Shown: positions 47,665 through 57,066 of the stretch, piece after piece | Layout: the number at the start of each line of letters is the position of its first letter | Numbering within the stretch: the first letter of the stretch is position 1 | The notes under the pieces: generated by a model | Told to the model about the DNA's origin: nothing | Database searches by the model: none | What the model saw: only the letters and a program-made list of their open reading frames with translations | Sequence record: PP496438.1 | Length of the DNA: 64,000 nt | Strand: one strand, 5' to 3' | Position numbers and translations under genes: made by a program

Positions 47665-48757
47665 TAGCATTCACGAACAGATGGGCGAGACTGCTGAATC
47701 TCGCGTTCAACACCTGATCACAATGCTGACCATGCAGAATGCCAACAACGACATCCAGCACAATCCGCTCTGGGCGCACTTCGATAACTCGGTTCGTGCT
47801 GACTATCGCATGGCTCTGATAGAACTGGGTGAAGTGTGGGATCACCTGCCGTCCGGTCAATGGTGGAAGAAAGGCGACCAGACCGAAGCATTCCTCGACA
47901 TGGAACAACGGGATCAAGCGGCGCTGGAGATCGTGGATGCGATGCACTTCGCTCTGAGCCACACCCTCCGCAACTACATCGACGATCCAGACCATACTGT
48001 GATGTCCGAGATCATTCCCGACGTCGCCTCGTTGATCGCGAGCGTCAGCATGCAGTCGTCGGTCGTATACGAAGACTTCCTGCGCGGTGACTTCACCGTT
48101 GAGCAGATCATGGGTGAGTTCAACTCTCTGATCGACACGGCCATCATCAACTCCAACTTCGAGGTGTTCCCGCTGGACTCGGCTACCGTGCCGTCCAACC
48201 TGCTGAGTACTGGCCCGCACCAGAGCTTCACCAACTTCTGGTCGAGCGTGTTCCTCGCACTGCATCTACTGGACTACAGCTTCGAGCAGGTCGTCGCGCT
48301 GTACGTCACCAAGAACCGTCTCAACACTTTCCGCGTGAAAAACGGTTACACCAAGAAAGCTGGTGAAGACCGTTACATCAAGCTGGCGTACGACGGCGGT
48401 TCTGAGACTGCCCCGGTCGAAGACAACCATCACGTCCCGGCCATGGCCCGGTCGGCGGCAGAGGCTACTGCACTGCGCGGCAGCGACTTGACGATGGAGA
48501 TCGACAATGCCATCATCGCGATGTACCGTAACCGTCTCGGTCAGGTGTGGGGTGTAATCGACGCTATCGCCAGTAGCAGCGAGGAAGAAGGGGAGTCCCG
48601 TATTACTCTGGAAAATCAAACTGCATTTCCTGCGCATTGGTTGCTGCCGGTCGGTGGCTGGAGCTTGGTTAGCACCAACGAAGGCTTGGCGTATCACAAC
48701 ACTGATACGGAAGAGACTGTGTTGTACCAAGGCGTGCATCCGCACTTCGCCAAGTAA
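47645..48757 (+). CDS. Dimeric all-alpha dUTPase-like pyrophosphatase
   Basis: ELGE...WWKK, EIVDAMHF, Y..KN.LN.FR..NGY. Confidence 0.82.
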   Translation: MLLQNIDSIHEQMGETAESRVQHLITMLTMQNANNDIQHNPLWAHFDNSVRADYRMALIELGEVWDHLPSGQWWKKGDQTEAFLDMEQRDQAALEIVDAMHFALSHTLRNYIDDPDHTVMSEIIPDVASLIASVSMQSSVVYEDFLRGDFTVEQIMGEFNSLIDTAIINSNFEVFPLDSATVPSNLLSTGPHQSFTNFWSSVFLALHLLDYSFEQVVALYVTKNRLNTFRVKNGYTKKAGEDRYIKLAYDGGSETAPVEDNHHVPAMARSAAEATALRGSDLTMEIDNAIIAMYRNRLGQVWGVIDAIASSSEEEGESRITLENQTAFPAHWLLPVGGWSLVSTNEGLAYHNTDTEETVLYQGVHPHFAK

Positions 48758-48815
48758 GCTCTGATCCACCGAAGCGGCAAAGTAACCCCGTGTAAAACTA
48801 TCTGTCAAATGGTAG

Positions 48816-48844
48816 TTGCACGGGGTTTTTTAGTGTGCTATACT
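48816..48844 (+). promoter_or_regulatory. Sigma70-type promoter
   Basis: TTGCAC-N17-TATACT with TG extension; closely related to the promoter at 11045. Confidence 0.78.
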
Positions 48845-48912
48845 GGCACCATGGCACCAGCCATACCCGGAAACATTGAACTTCCGGCCACTATCCTAAG
48901 GAGAACTGCACC

Positions 48913-49248
48913 ATGCCTAAAGTTTCGCTTACCACTTTCGCTGAGCAGGTATTTCAAGCGGAAGGCGTACGTTTGAGCATAACGACCAGAAGTAAAAAGG
49001 TTGAGCCTATGGTCAAGTCTTACGTGGGTAAGCGAAAACTAAAAGGCCACGAAGATTTACGAGTCTTACTCGTTAGGGTCTACAAAGATCTGGGTCATAC
49101 CATTGATCCGACCAAGGACATGAGTAAGGTTAACGTCAATGGTACGTATCCAGCTACCCTTAATATCTGGGATGGCGAAGGCCGTAAGCTTATAAAAAAT
49201 GATTTTGAGAGCCTAAACTGTCTGGTTCGATTACGTAAAGAAGATTGA
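48913..49248 (+). CDS. Early hypothetical protein (shares N-domain with 49815 protein)
   Basis: AAGGAG SD. Confidence 0.65.
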   Translation: MPKVSLTTFAEQVFQAEGVRLSITTRSKKVEPMVKSYVGKRKLKGHEDLRVLLVRVYKDLGHTIDPTKDMSKVNVNGTYPATLNIWDGEGRKLIKNDFESLNCLVRLRKED

Positions 49249-49288
49249 TCCTTAGTATTTCTACGCACTGTCCCAAGAGGAACGCACC

Positions 49289-49759
49289 ATGAAACAATCA
49301 GATATGGAAGTAACCGGCACCACTCCAGCCGTGGACGGCTATCAGGTTGAAGTGAACGATACCAAGCACGGTTTCCACTTTCGTCTGCGCCACATTCCCA
49401 CTGGCCGGGTAACGCACTGGGCAGGTTACCAGAGCATCGTCATGCTGGACGACATCGCCGCGACCACCGGCTACTATGGCGGCGCCGGTGAAGACCTAGT
49501 CCCCCGTTCCGCTGCAGACATCCTGCGTCAGTTCGCTGTGCAAGACGTCACCATCAAGTTCGGCGATGAGTTCACCGAAGAGGGTGACAAGCTGGCTAAC
49601 AGTGCACTGGACTCTGACGGTGTGGATCAGGAGTTCACGGAAAAGATGGCGAACGTACTGTCCGGGTCCGGCGCGTTGCTGGAGAACATGTCTGACGATG
49701 ACTTCGCCGCTGGCATGAAGGCTTTCGACGCGACTACTCCGCTGACGAAGAAGAACTGA
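49289..49759 (+). CDS. Early hypothetical protein
   Basis: ACTGTCCCAAGAGG leader. Confidence 0.65.
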   Translation: MKQSDMEVTGTTPAVDGYQVEVNDTKHGFHFRLRHIPTGRVTHWAGYQSIVMLDDIAATTGYYGGAGEDLVPRSAADILRQFAVQDVTIKFGDEFTEEGDKLANSALDSDGVDQEFTEKMANVLSGSGALLENMSDDDFAAGMKAFDATTPLTKKN

Positions 49760-49769
49760 TACCCACACT

Positions 49770-49787
49770 GGGGACCGCAAGGTCCCC
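49770..49787 (+). repeat. GCAA-tetraloop hairpin, copy 3
   Basis: GGGGACC GCAA GGTCCCC. Confidence 0.7.
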
Positions 49788-49814
49788 AACCCCTACCCCG
49801 AAGAGGAAAGTATC

Positions 49815-51011
49815 ATGGCCCGAGTCAACACTGCCCGCTACGCTTCCCAACTACAGAATCTGGAAGGCGTCACCATCCAGATCATTCCATTGGGTGAAGC
49901 AGGGGATAAAGCCCCCGTCAGTCCGATGATGGAAGCTTACTTCTGGACCCGCAAGCTTCCAGACAACGCCACGCTGCGCCAGTTGATCAACCGCATTCGT
50001 ACATCGTCTGGTCACGTCAAACAAGGAGACGAAGCACAGGGCGCACCAGGTCATGTGTTGTTGGTCGGTAAGCACAACTGCCAGCTTCAGGTGTTCACGG
50101 CCAAAGGGTCGCCGTTGACCAAGAAGGAAATGTCGGTCGCCACTATCACCATGGGGCAGCTTCGCAAGCAGACTGTTTCGGCCAAGCCTACCCAGTCCCA
50201 GAAGCTGGACAAGTATCAAGGCAAGGTCGTTCGTAAGGATCACGTTGCGTCGGCCAAAGGATCGATGGAACAGATAAAGAAAGACGATCCAGAGCTGTAT
50301 GCAGCAGCGACCGGCAAGACGTTCGATCCGGCCAAAGCCCAGACGGCAGCGAAAGCTTCGACGATGGACGCTATAACCGGCATGCTCGCCCAGTTCTCGA
50401 ACAAGCCCCGCAAGGGGGAGAAGAAAGCTGACACACTGCCGACCGACCCCAAAGAAGCCGTGCAGTTCCTTCTGCAGCACTGGCACAACACCGGTGGCCC
50501 GAAAGAGGTGGGCACCACGGTGTCGAAAGAAGGTGCCCAGTTCGTCGATGACATGTACAACAGCGCGTATCCCGAGATGATGCAGGACGTAGGCCACCCG
50601 CCTACTGAATACCTTCTCAAGTTCTGGGAAGTGAACCGCTACCGCTTCGGCATCGGCCACCCGGTTAAGATTCCACCCGCTGATCTGCCGGTCAAGTCCA
50701 CGATGACGGGTAAGGTGTTGTGGCTGGGTGGTAAGCAGAAGAGCGTGATCAAGAAAGTCGTATCGCGTCAACTGCCGGGTCGTCCAGAGGGTGAGCGTAC
50801 CGAGTTCGCCATAACGGTGTCGGGTGAAGAAGTGCAAACCCGTCATCTGATCAAGCACAAGGGCGACTCGTACCAGATCAATGACTTGGCAATCATCTCG
50901 GATGGCATCCTCCGTCCTGAGACGTCAACAGTCACCCCGAAGCCCGGCCCGACCAAACCGAAGAAGCCAGCACTGGAAGTCAAAGCCAAGAAGAAAGGTA
51001 AGACGAAATGA
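49815..51011 (+). CDS. Multidomain basic protein
   Basis: GAGGA SD; N-domain paralogous to 48913 protein. Confidence 0.65.
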   Translation: MARVNTARYASQLQNLEGVTIQIIPLGEAGDKAPVSPMMEAYFWTRKLPDNATLRQLINRIRTSSGHVKQGDEAQGAPGHVLLVGKHNCQLQVFTAKGSPLTKKEMSVATITMGQLRKQTVSAKPTQSQKLDKYQGKVVRKDHVASAKGSMEQIKKDDPELYAAATGKTFDPAKAQTAAKASTMDAITGMLAQFSNKPRKGEKKADTLPTDPKEAVQFLLQHWHNTGGPKEVGTTVSKEGAQFVDDMYNSAYPEMMQDVGHPPTEYLLKFWEVNRYRFGIGHPVKIPPADLPVKSTMTGKVLWLGGKQKSVIKKVVSRQLPGRPEGERTEFAITVSGEEVQTRHLIKHKGDSYQINDLAIISDGILRPETSTVTPKPGPTKPKKPALEVKAKKKGKTK

Positions 51012-51253
51012 GTCGGTTCAAGACGATGTATGGTAACGTCAAGGTGTGGGGCATGTTCATTCTGGCTATCCTCCTCGCCGTGATCGCCGCCGTCATATGG
51101 CTGATTGGTGCCGGTATGGTGCTAGTAGGACGCGCAGGCGGGGTTTTGCAGCGCATCGGTGCCGGAAGTTGGGGCGCGAGCGCTGATGCCAGTGAGCACA
51201 GCCTCAGCATATACAACCGCATCCGGCCTAAGAAGCCTAACGACCCGTCTTGA
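51008..51253 (+). CDS. Small membrane protein
   Basis: Long TM segment; ATGA overlap. Confidence 0.55.
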   Translation: MSRFKTMYGNVKVWGMFILAILLAVIAAVIWLIGAGMVLVGRAGGVLQRIGAGSWGASADASEHSLSIYNRIRPKKPNDPS

Positions 51254-51311
51254 CCCCATCCATGCAGGCACCGGTAAATGAGCCGGTGTCCTACCGCTTA
51301 TCGAGGTAACC

Positions 51312-51635
51312 ATGAGTACGCCAGACACTGACCAAACCACTGCGGATGTCGAGGCAGTTGTTGTTCGACTTGAACGTGGGAATGATAAAGACGGCAACCC
51401 CGTTCATTACTTCCTGACGTACCGAGGCAAAGATGTTCCGATGGGTGAACGTGAGGTTCGCACCACGGCCAACATCAAGCACGCCTTCCGCTTCAACACG
51501 GAAGAAGAGGCAATCGCTGCCACGCAGTCGGAAGGCTTCCAGCAGTTGGTCGCCAAGATCAACCGGTCCGGCCCCGGTGTCACCAACGTGACAACGCCGA
51601 AGATGAGCATTCGTTACGCTCTGCTTCCTGAATAA
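51312..51635 (+). CDS. Hypothetical protein
   Basis: GAGGT SD; upstream GGTAAATGA. Confidence 0.65.
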   Translation: MSTPDTDQTTADVEAVVVRLERGNDKDGNPVHYFLTYRGKDVPMGEREVRTTANIKHAFRFNTEEEAIAATQSEGFQQLVAKINRSGPGVTNVTTPKMSIRYALLPE

Positions 51636-51686
51636 CCAAACCCCAATCTCATTCGCAACATCTCAAGTCCCAATAGGAGTTACACC

Positions 51687-53339
51687 ATGACCGTTCCAGC
51701 ACGATTCGCAGCAGCAGAAGCAAAACTTTACGTCGGCAACAAGGCTGACAACATCCGCATCCAGCTGAAAGGCAACGTTGCCTTGATTCAAGGCTGGAAG
51801 GACGACAAGGAAGATACCGAAGTTGCCCGCGAGGAATTCAAGACCGCCAAGGATTTGACTGACCTGATCCAGTCGGCCCGCAACGAAGTCAATGCCCCCG
51901 ATGGCCAGATTCGTGTGGTAAGTGACGACGCCAGCATCATCGTCATCGATCTGGGTACTGAAGCGGAAGAGATCCGTAGCTTCGGCAAGTCTGGAGCCAA
52001 GCTGTTGGACGCTCTGATCACGCTGGCTAAAGCAGAAGAAATCGAAGGTGAAGCGGCTCGCGGTCAACTGGCAGATAAATTGGCCGAAGCGTTGGCTAAG
52101 CCTGAGTCGGACCAAGGTGAAACCGCTGTGGAAACCGTAGCAGGCAAGCTGACCACTGCACCGGCCACCGGCACTGACCTTGTCGGCACTCCGCTCAACT
52201 CCCCGGTACAAGGCGCGGGTATTGAGTTGAAACAGGAAGCTGATGCACAGGGCGACGAACTCGGTTTGGTCGAAACCATGGAAGAGCAATTCCAGCACCC
52301 CGGTCTGGTCCATCGCTTCGGCTTCCCGGCTGGCATCACTCTGGGTGGCGCCGTGGATGTGACCCTTCCAGATGGTAGCGTTACCGAGCACTACACTTTC
52401 TCTGACATGGACGGTGACCCCGCCGACGACAGCGCTGAAGGTACCGTGTTCGTCGAAGTGCGTACCTACGCCACGGATGCAGACGAGGAAGCGGAAGACG
52501 ATCGCATCTCGCTGGAACTGCCGACCCTCACCGCGATCAATCGTCTGCTCAACCTGATCGAGACGTACGGCGACGAACTGAAATTCAACATGGTGTCTTT
52601 GCTAACGCTGGACGTGCCCGCCCTGGAACTGGAGTATCGCTACGCCCCGGACAAAGGCAAGCTGACCAGCAAGATCCGTGTCGAGTTCGCCGAAGCCTTC
52701 ATCGCAGACCTTCGCGCCATAGCTGTACCAACGTACACCCCGTTCGATCTGCGCATGCACGGCGAGTTCAGCTACGAAGACTTCGCCCACGTCACCAGCA
52801 ACTACGCAGCCTCGTTGAGCGCCCGCTGCCGCAACTCTTCCCCGGCAGCTGTCCTGACCGGCAAGATCGAACTGATCGGCTGGGCAACGCTGGTGGTAGA
52901 TGGTGAGCCCGTCACTCTGATGTTCGACGGTGCATCCGCCAGCAACTCCCAAGGTGATGAAGTGACCATGCAGGTAGCAGTGGCCCAACTGCTCGCCGCC
53001 GACAAGATCACGTTCTTCCCCGACACCCGCTTGATGAAGATCGCCAAAGCGTCCAGCAATAAGGACAAGGCGTTCGGCCCGGAAGCGCTGACCGGTATCT
53101 GGATCAAGCTGAATGGTAAGGACGAGGGCATAGTCTACACCACCAAGGGCTTGGGCACCCTGCTCAACAACTTCCACCAGACTCAAGTGGCAGCGGTCAC
53201 CGAGGAAGTGAAGAAGGTGAACGAGTTGGTCGATACCGAACTCAGCATCGTCTTGAGCGAGCTGATGGTTGATCTGCCGCAGGACGCCCCTGAAAAGAAA
53301 ATCAAGACGGTGGCAACCAAGCCTCGCATCATTAAGTAA
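51687..53339 (+). CDS. Large acidic hypothetical protein
   Basis: AGGAG SD; same codon style as the core genes. Confidence 0.7.
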   Translation: MTVPARFAAAEAKLYVGNKADNIRIQLKGNVALIQGWKDDKEDTEVAREEFKTAKDLTDLIQSARNEVNAPDGQIRVVSDDASIIVIDLGTEAEEIRSFGKSGAKLLDALITLAKAEEIEGEAARGQLADKLAEALAKPESDQGETAVETVAGKLTTAPATGTDLVGTPLNSPVQGAGIELKQEADAQGDELGLVETMEEQFQHPGLVHRFGFPAGITLGGAVDVTLPDGSVTEHYTFSDMDGDPADDSAEGTVFVEVRTYATDADEEAEDDRISLELPTLTAINRLLNLIETYGDELKFNMVSLLTLDVPALELEYRYAPDKGKLTSKIRVEFAEAFIADLRAIAVPTYTPFDLRMHGEFSYEDFAHVTSNYAASLSARCRNSSPAAVLTGKIELIGWATLVVDGEPVTLMFDGASASNSQGDEVTMQVAVAQLLAADKITFFPDTRLMKIAKASSNKDKAFGPEALTGIWIKLNGKDEGIVYTTKGLGTLLNNFHQTQVAAVTEEVKKVNELVDTELSIVLSELMVDLPQDAPEKKIKTVATKPRIIK

Positions 53340-53397
53340 TTCAAGCAAGGACAATCAGGCCATGGATGGCACTCACGGACAACGCAGGGTTAGTAAA

Positions 53398-54150
53398 ATG
53401 AAGGTTTCTACGAAACGACGTATTCTCTACTGGGCACCCTCGGTACTGGTTCTGCTGGCGTCAATGTCACTGGTCGGTCTTGCTGCCCACGCTAACACCG
53501 TGCGAGCTGATGAGATGGCGCCACCTATGAACTCTGAAGTGCACCGGGCAGCAATGTCGGTACAAGCGGCGCAGGGGTTCAACGGTAATGCCAGCCCACT
53601 GACGCTGGATCGCCAGGCCTATCCGTCGGACGTCAAAGCCAAGATGGACGAGGTGATGCGGCAGTGCCCAGTGGACGGCTCGCTGAAACAGGTGCGACTG
53701 TTCCGCTATTCGGAAGGTGAAGTCCCCTCACCAAGTATGTTCGACGCTATCTGCAGCTTGCTGGTGCTTCCTCCCGACGTGCATCACAAGACGGATCCGA
53801 TGCAGTGGCGAAAGTTCACGCAGAAGGTTACCCCGGTTAGCGCCGAGATCCTGATCGAAGTAGATTCGAGCAAGCCTCAGGATGAGAAGGCGCGCTTCAT
53901 GTTTCAGCAGGTGCTGAACAATCCCGACTGGTTCCAACTGGTCGAAGTGAAAACCATGAAGGTGAAGGGCACTGCGCTGGAGCGTACAGTGATCTTCCAG
54001 ATCCAGCAATCGGTAGGTGTGTATTACGACATGCTGGCGGCGTACGTTAGCCAACAAGGTAAGCCTGTCGTCGAACCCATCCCGACTATCCAGAGCGGGA
54101 GCCGCAGCACGGACAACCGACCCATCACCATGTTGACCGAACAGAAGTAA
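53398..54150 (+). CDS. Exported or membrane-anchored hypothetical protein (start uncertain)
   Basis: Basic N terminus, hydrophobic stretch, AHA site. Confidence 0.55.
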   Translation: MKVSTKRRILYWAPSVLVLLASMSLVGLAAHANTVRADEMAPPMNSEVHRAAMSVQAAQGFNGNASPLTLDRQAYPSDVKAKMDEVMRQCPVDGSLKQVRLFRYSEGEVPSPSMFDAICSLLVLPPDVHHKTDPMQWRKFTQKVTPVSAEILIEVDSSKPQDEKARFMFQQVLNNPDWFQLVEVKTMKVKGTALERTVIFQIQQSVGVYYDMLAAYVSQQGKPVVEPIPTIQSGSRSTDNRPITMLTEQK

Positions 54151-54185
54151 CCTGAAACACCCACTGTCCCAATGAGGTATCTACC

Positions 54186-54548
54186 GTGAATAAGTTTACC
54201 GATTTCAAAAAGGAAGGCCAGATAGTACGTATGCTTCCCGACTGGCCTGCTAAGCCTGCGTTCGTTCGTCTAAAGGAAAGACCGGATACAGATGATCTAA
54301 TCCCTGTTGACTTCTCCTGTACACTGATGTCACTGCCTAAGTCTTTCACCCTCCCGATTGTGACTGAAGATGGTAGCCACCACGTACTACGAACGGGCAT
54401 CAAGGCCTACGCTCGCATCACCGCTTTCATTCAGATGAGTGGCCCCTTCAAGGGTAAGGATGTGGGCTTCCGTGCGCAGGCTGATCAAGCCCGTGCTTTC
54501 AAGCTGGCCGACCTGGTACAGCGCAACATGATCAAGTACGGGAAATAA
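54186..54548 (+). CDS. Hypothetical protein
   Basis: ACTGTCCCAATGAGG leader; GTG start. Confidence 0.6.
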   Translation: MNKFTDFKKEGQIVRMLPDWPAKPAFVRLKERPDTDDLIPVDFSCTLMSLPKSFTLPIVTEDGSHHVLRTGIKAYARITAFIQMSGPFKGKDVGFRAQADQARAFKLADLVQRNMIKYGK

Positions 54549-54551
54549 GAC

Positions 54552-55202
54552 ATGCGCAACCAAGACATGGACAAAGTGGAACTGCACGTAGCAGTGACCG
54601 ATGAGATTCAAGGTGCTTTCAATGACGGCACCAAGGATTACAAGGGAAGCACTCGCGAGCGTATCGAAGATACCCGTGCACTGATCAAGCGGTCTTACGT
54701 GTCGCTGCGTGAGGTTGGGTACTGGCTGGTCAAAGCGTTCGGGGACGAAACTGCCCACGACAAGAAGGAACGCGTCTACCGCTTCACCGAGGAAGCTCTG
54801 GAGCTGGGGCAAGCCACGGGGCTGACGAAGGAAGAAGCGCTGGCGTTGGTGGACTACGTGTACGAACGGCCTGTCGGGGAAATCAAACAGGAGGTGGGTG
54901 GCGTGATGACCACTCTCGCGGCGCTGTGCTTCGCCCATGAGATCGACCACCACGAATGCGGTCGCATCGAGCTAGACCGCGTGCAAGATCCTGCCGTGCT
55001 GGAAAAGATCAGGAGCAAGCAAGCTGCCAAGAAGATTCGCAGTCCATTGCCGGGCATCGTGAAAGACGAGTGCCAAGCGGAACCGGCACTCAAGGGTTTC
55101 GACCCCGTGTGCTACTGCTCTGAATGCAATTCATCTCGGGAACTACGCCAGCTCACTCAGGCGTTAGACGCCCGTGTGAAGGGACGGCAGTCCGACAAAT
55201 AA
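54552..55202 (+). CDS. MazG-like all-alpha NTP pyrophosphohydrolase-fold protein
   Basis: RF.EEALELGQA...GEIKQEVGGV..TL. Confidence 0.6.
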   Translation: MRNQDMDKVELHVAVTDEIQGAFNDGTKDYKGSTRERIEDTRALIKRSYVSLREVGYWLVKAFGDETAHDKKERVYRFTEEALELGQATGLTKEEALALVDYVYERPVGEIKQEVGGVMTTLAALCFAHEIDHHECGRIELDRVQDPAVLEKIRSKQAAKKIRSPLPGIVKDECQAEPALKGFDPVCYCSECNSSRELRQLTQALDARVKGRQSDK

Positions 55203-55270
55203 ACCCGGACCGTAGTTCTTAATTACAGCGGTCCACTACGGGCTTTATACAATCCGATGGAGATAAGATC

Positions 55271-55777
55271 ATGGCTTCGAAAAAGCGTGGCAACACCCCC
55301 GTTGCAGAATCCACTGGCGCCGGTACGCCGGTGACCGAAAACGAAAAGACTTCACCCAACCTAATTCAGACCCAGACTCCTTCAGCTGAGTCCGGCGTGG
55401 AGAAGATCGCCGAGTCCGATGTTGCGCCGACTGGTGAACCGGTTGCAGACCGCCGTGAAGGCAAGCACGAAGATTCGGTCAGCTCGGAGCAAGTCGGTGA
55501 TCTGGCTTCCATTATGGGCAACGGCGACACCGCCAAGCAAGATAAACCGGAGGGTGACGAGGAAGGCGACCAGCAGCAGGACGAGGTAACCGAGGCAGGT
55601 ACGGCACTGGCCGACAAGATCTCGGAACTGGAAACCAACGGCGACACCGCTGAAGAGCTGCGTCACAAAGTCAGCGGCGAAGGTGGCATCATGGATCAGT
55701 TGAACAAGCTGGCTGAAGGTAGCGAGCGTGAAGAGCTGACCAAGCGCGCACAAGCAATTCTGGTTAACCGCGTCTAA
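55271..55777 (+). CDS. Acidic low-complexity protein
   Basis: GGAG SD; followed by terminator. Confidence 0.65.
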   Translation: MASKKRGNTPVAESTGAGTPVTENEKTSPNLIQTQTPSAESGVEKIAESDVAPTGEPVADRREGKHEDSVSSEQVGDLASIMGNGDTAKQDKPEGDEEGDQQQDEVTEAGTALADKISELETNGDTAEELRHKVSGEGGIMDQLNKLAEGSEREELTKRAQAILVNRV

Positions 55778-55790
55778 ATCTCCGGCGCGT

Positions 55791-55831
55791 AAAAAACCCC
55801 ACTCGCGGACATCACGGGTGGGGTTTTGTTT
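55791..55831. terminator. Bidirectional terminator between convergent genes
   Basis: AAAAAA CCCCACTCG..CGGGTGGGG TTTTGTTT. Confidence 0.85.
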
Positions 55832-55915
55832 TATCTGCAGTATGGCTTCGCAGGCTAGCGTGTGGGCGCTTTGGCTATCCCAGCCCGGTCGATATGGCCC
55901 CCAACCGGGATAAAC

Positions 55916-55937
55916 CCGCCTGCGTGATCCTACGCGG
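55916..55937. repeat. 22-bp element, copy 2
   Basis: Identical to 14906-14927; overlaps the endolysin stop codon. Confidence 0.8.
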
Positions 55938-56604
55938 CCAGTGCGGCAGCAGCGATATCCCACAAACGCTTCCGGTCGTCCGCGCCGATCTGCCCACCGT
56001 TGATAGCCTGGGTCACATCGAAGAAGCGCCCGGCGTCGGCCAGCTTGTTGCAGTTGTTCTCATCCCAGTAGTCGGCAGCTGCCATGAAGCCTGCTTCGGG
56101 CAACGCCAGCAGATCAGGGTTGTTGATCAGCGGAATACCCAGCTTGTTCTGCAACTTGAGGTATTCCGCCTTACCGGTACGCATGATCGGACAGCGGCCT
56201 CGATACTTCCACCCATCACCACTCGCCTCGTCACCGTTACCCATGCGGTTCGCATAGCAGTTGTTGGCGATGGCCTGAGGTTTGCGCGCCAGCTTGATCG
56301 CCAGTGCGTTAGGTGCAACGCGTACTTGCCCTTTGTCGTTGGTGATCTTGACGCGCTTGCCCTTAGCGTCTACCAACCCATAGCGAGTCGGCCAGGTGTT
56401 TGCCAATCCGTCGGCGCTGTAGTTCAAGCCTTCCTCGAACTTGGCAAGGTCACCCGACTCATGGTCGATCTGGCCGAGGAACATCGCCATGCGTTGCTTG
56501 TTAAGGCTGATCAGGTACTTGTCCATGGCAGCTTGCAGTGGCTTAAGATAAGCCATGGGCGCCGACGGGAAAATTTTCTTGAATTGCAATTCAGTAAGCA
56601 GCAT
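55930..56604 (-). CDS. Glycoside hydrolase family 19 endolysin
   Basis: MFLGQIDHESG..EGLNYS, NCYANRMGNG..GDGWKYRGR, TQAINGG..G..DR; start at MLLTE using GGAG SD. Confidence 0.9.
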   Translation of the reverse strand: MLLTELQFKKIFPSAPMAYLKPLQAAMDKYLISLNKQRMAMFLGQIDHESGDLAKFEEGLNYSADGLANTWPTRYGLVDAKGKRVKITNDKGQVRVAPNALAIKLARKPQAIANNCYANRMGNGDEASGDGWKYRGRCPIMRTGKAEYLKLQNKLGIPLINNPDLLALPEAGFMAAADYWDENNCNKLADAGRFFDVTQAINGGQIGADDRKRLWDIAAAALAA

Positions 56605-56932
56605 GGGGTACATCTCCATTGTTCAGGGTAGACAACATTGCCTGCCAGTCTCCGGTATTGGGCATTCCATCTTCATGGAACCGAAGCGGCACGACGGGGT
56701 GAATGGATAAGGCGTGGTCACGCATCCGCAGCAGAATGGCGTCGATGGCGGTGTCAATGGACTCACCTCGATACTCCATTCGTTGAAGGATCTCTTCCCG
56801 GAACATGCGGAACTGCTCTGGCGGGAAGTTGTAGTTCAGGCATTGAGCGTGAATGTCAGCCTTGTTCTTCTGGTAGTACGTGACCATCGCGGTAACCCGA
56901 GGACATCTGGGTGTGTTGCGTGTTTTGCTCAT
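56591..56932 (-). CDS. Hypothetical protein upstream of endolysin
   Basis: GGAG SD on minus strand; short overlap with lysin; no TM segment. Confidence 0.6.
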   Translation of the reverse strand: MSKTRNTPRCPRVTAMVTYYQKNKADIHAQCLNYNFPPEQFRMFREEILQRMEYRGESIDTAIDAILLRMRDHALSIHPVVPLRFHEDGMPNTGDWQAMLSTLNNGDVPHAAY

Positions 56933-57066
56933 TGCTCCCTCTCCATGAGGTGTGCTAAGTGGATGTGACGGACAGATTAGTAATTATTTTAATGTCAGCT
57001 GGAATTACTCACATGGCAGGCTGTAAATAGCTGTAAAATCCAACCACCAATAGCAAGGACCTTAGC

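Noticed and set aside
3136-56985. TAATT recurring in intergenic gaps (3136, 9791, 14972, 19961, 53337, 55219, 56981)
   Set aside because: Too short, partly explained by TAA stops and AT-rich spacers, and no fixed spacing to other motifs
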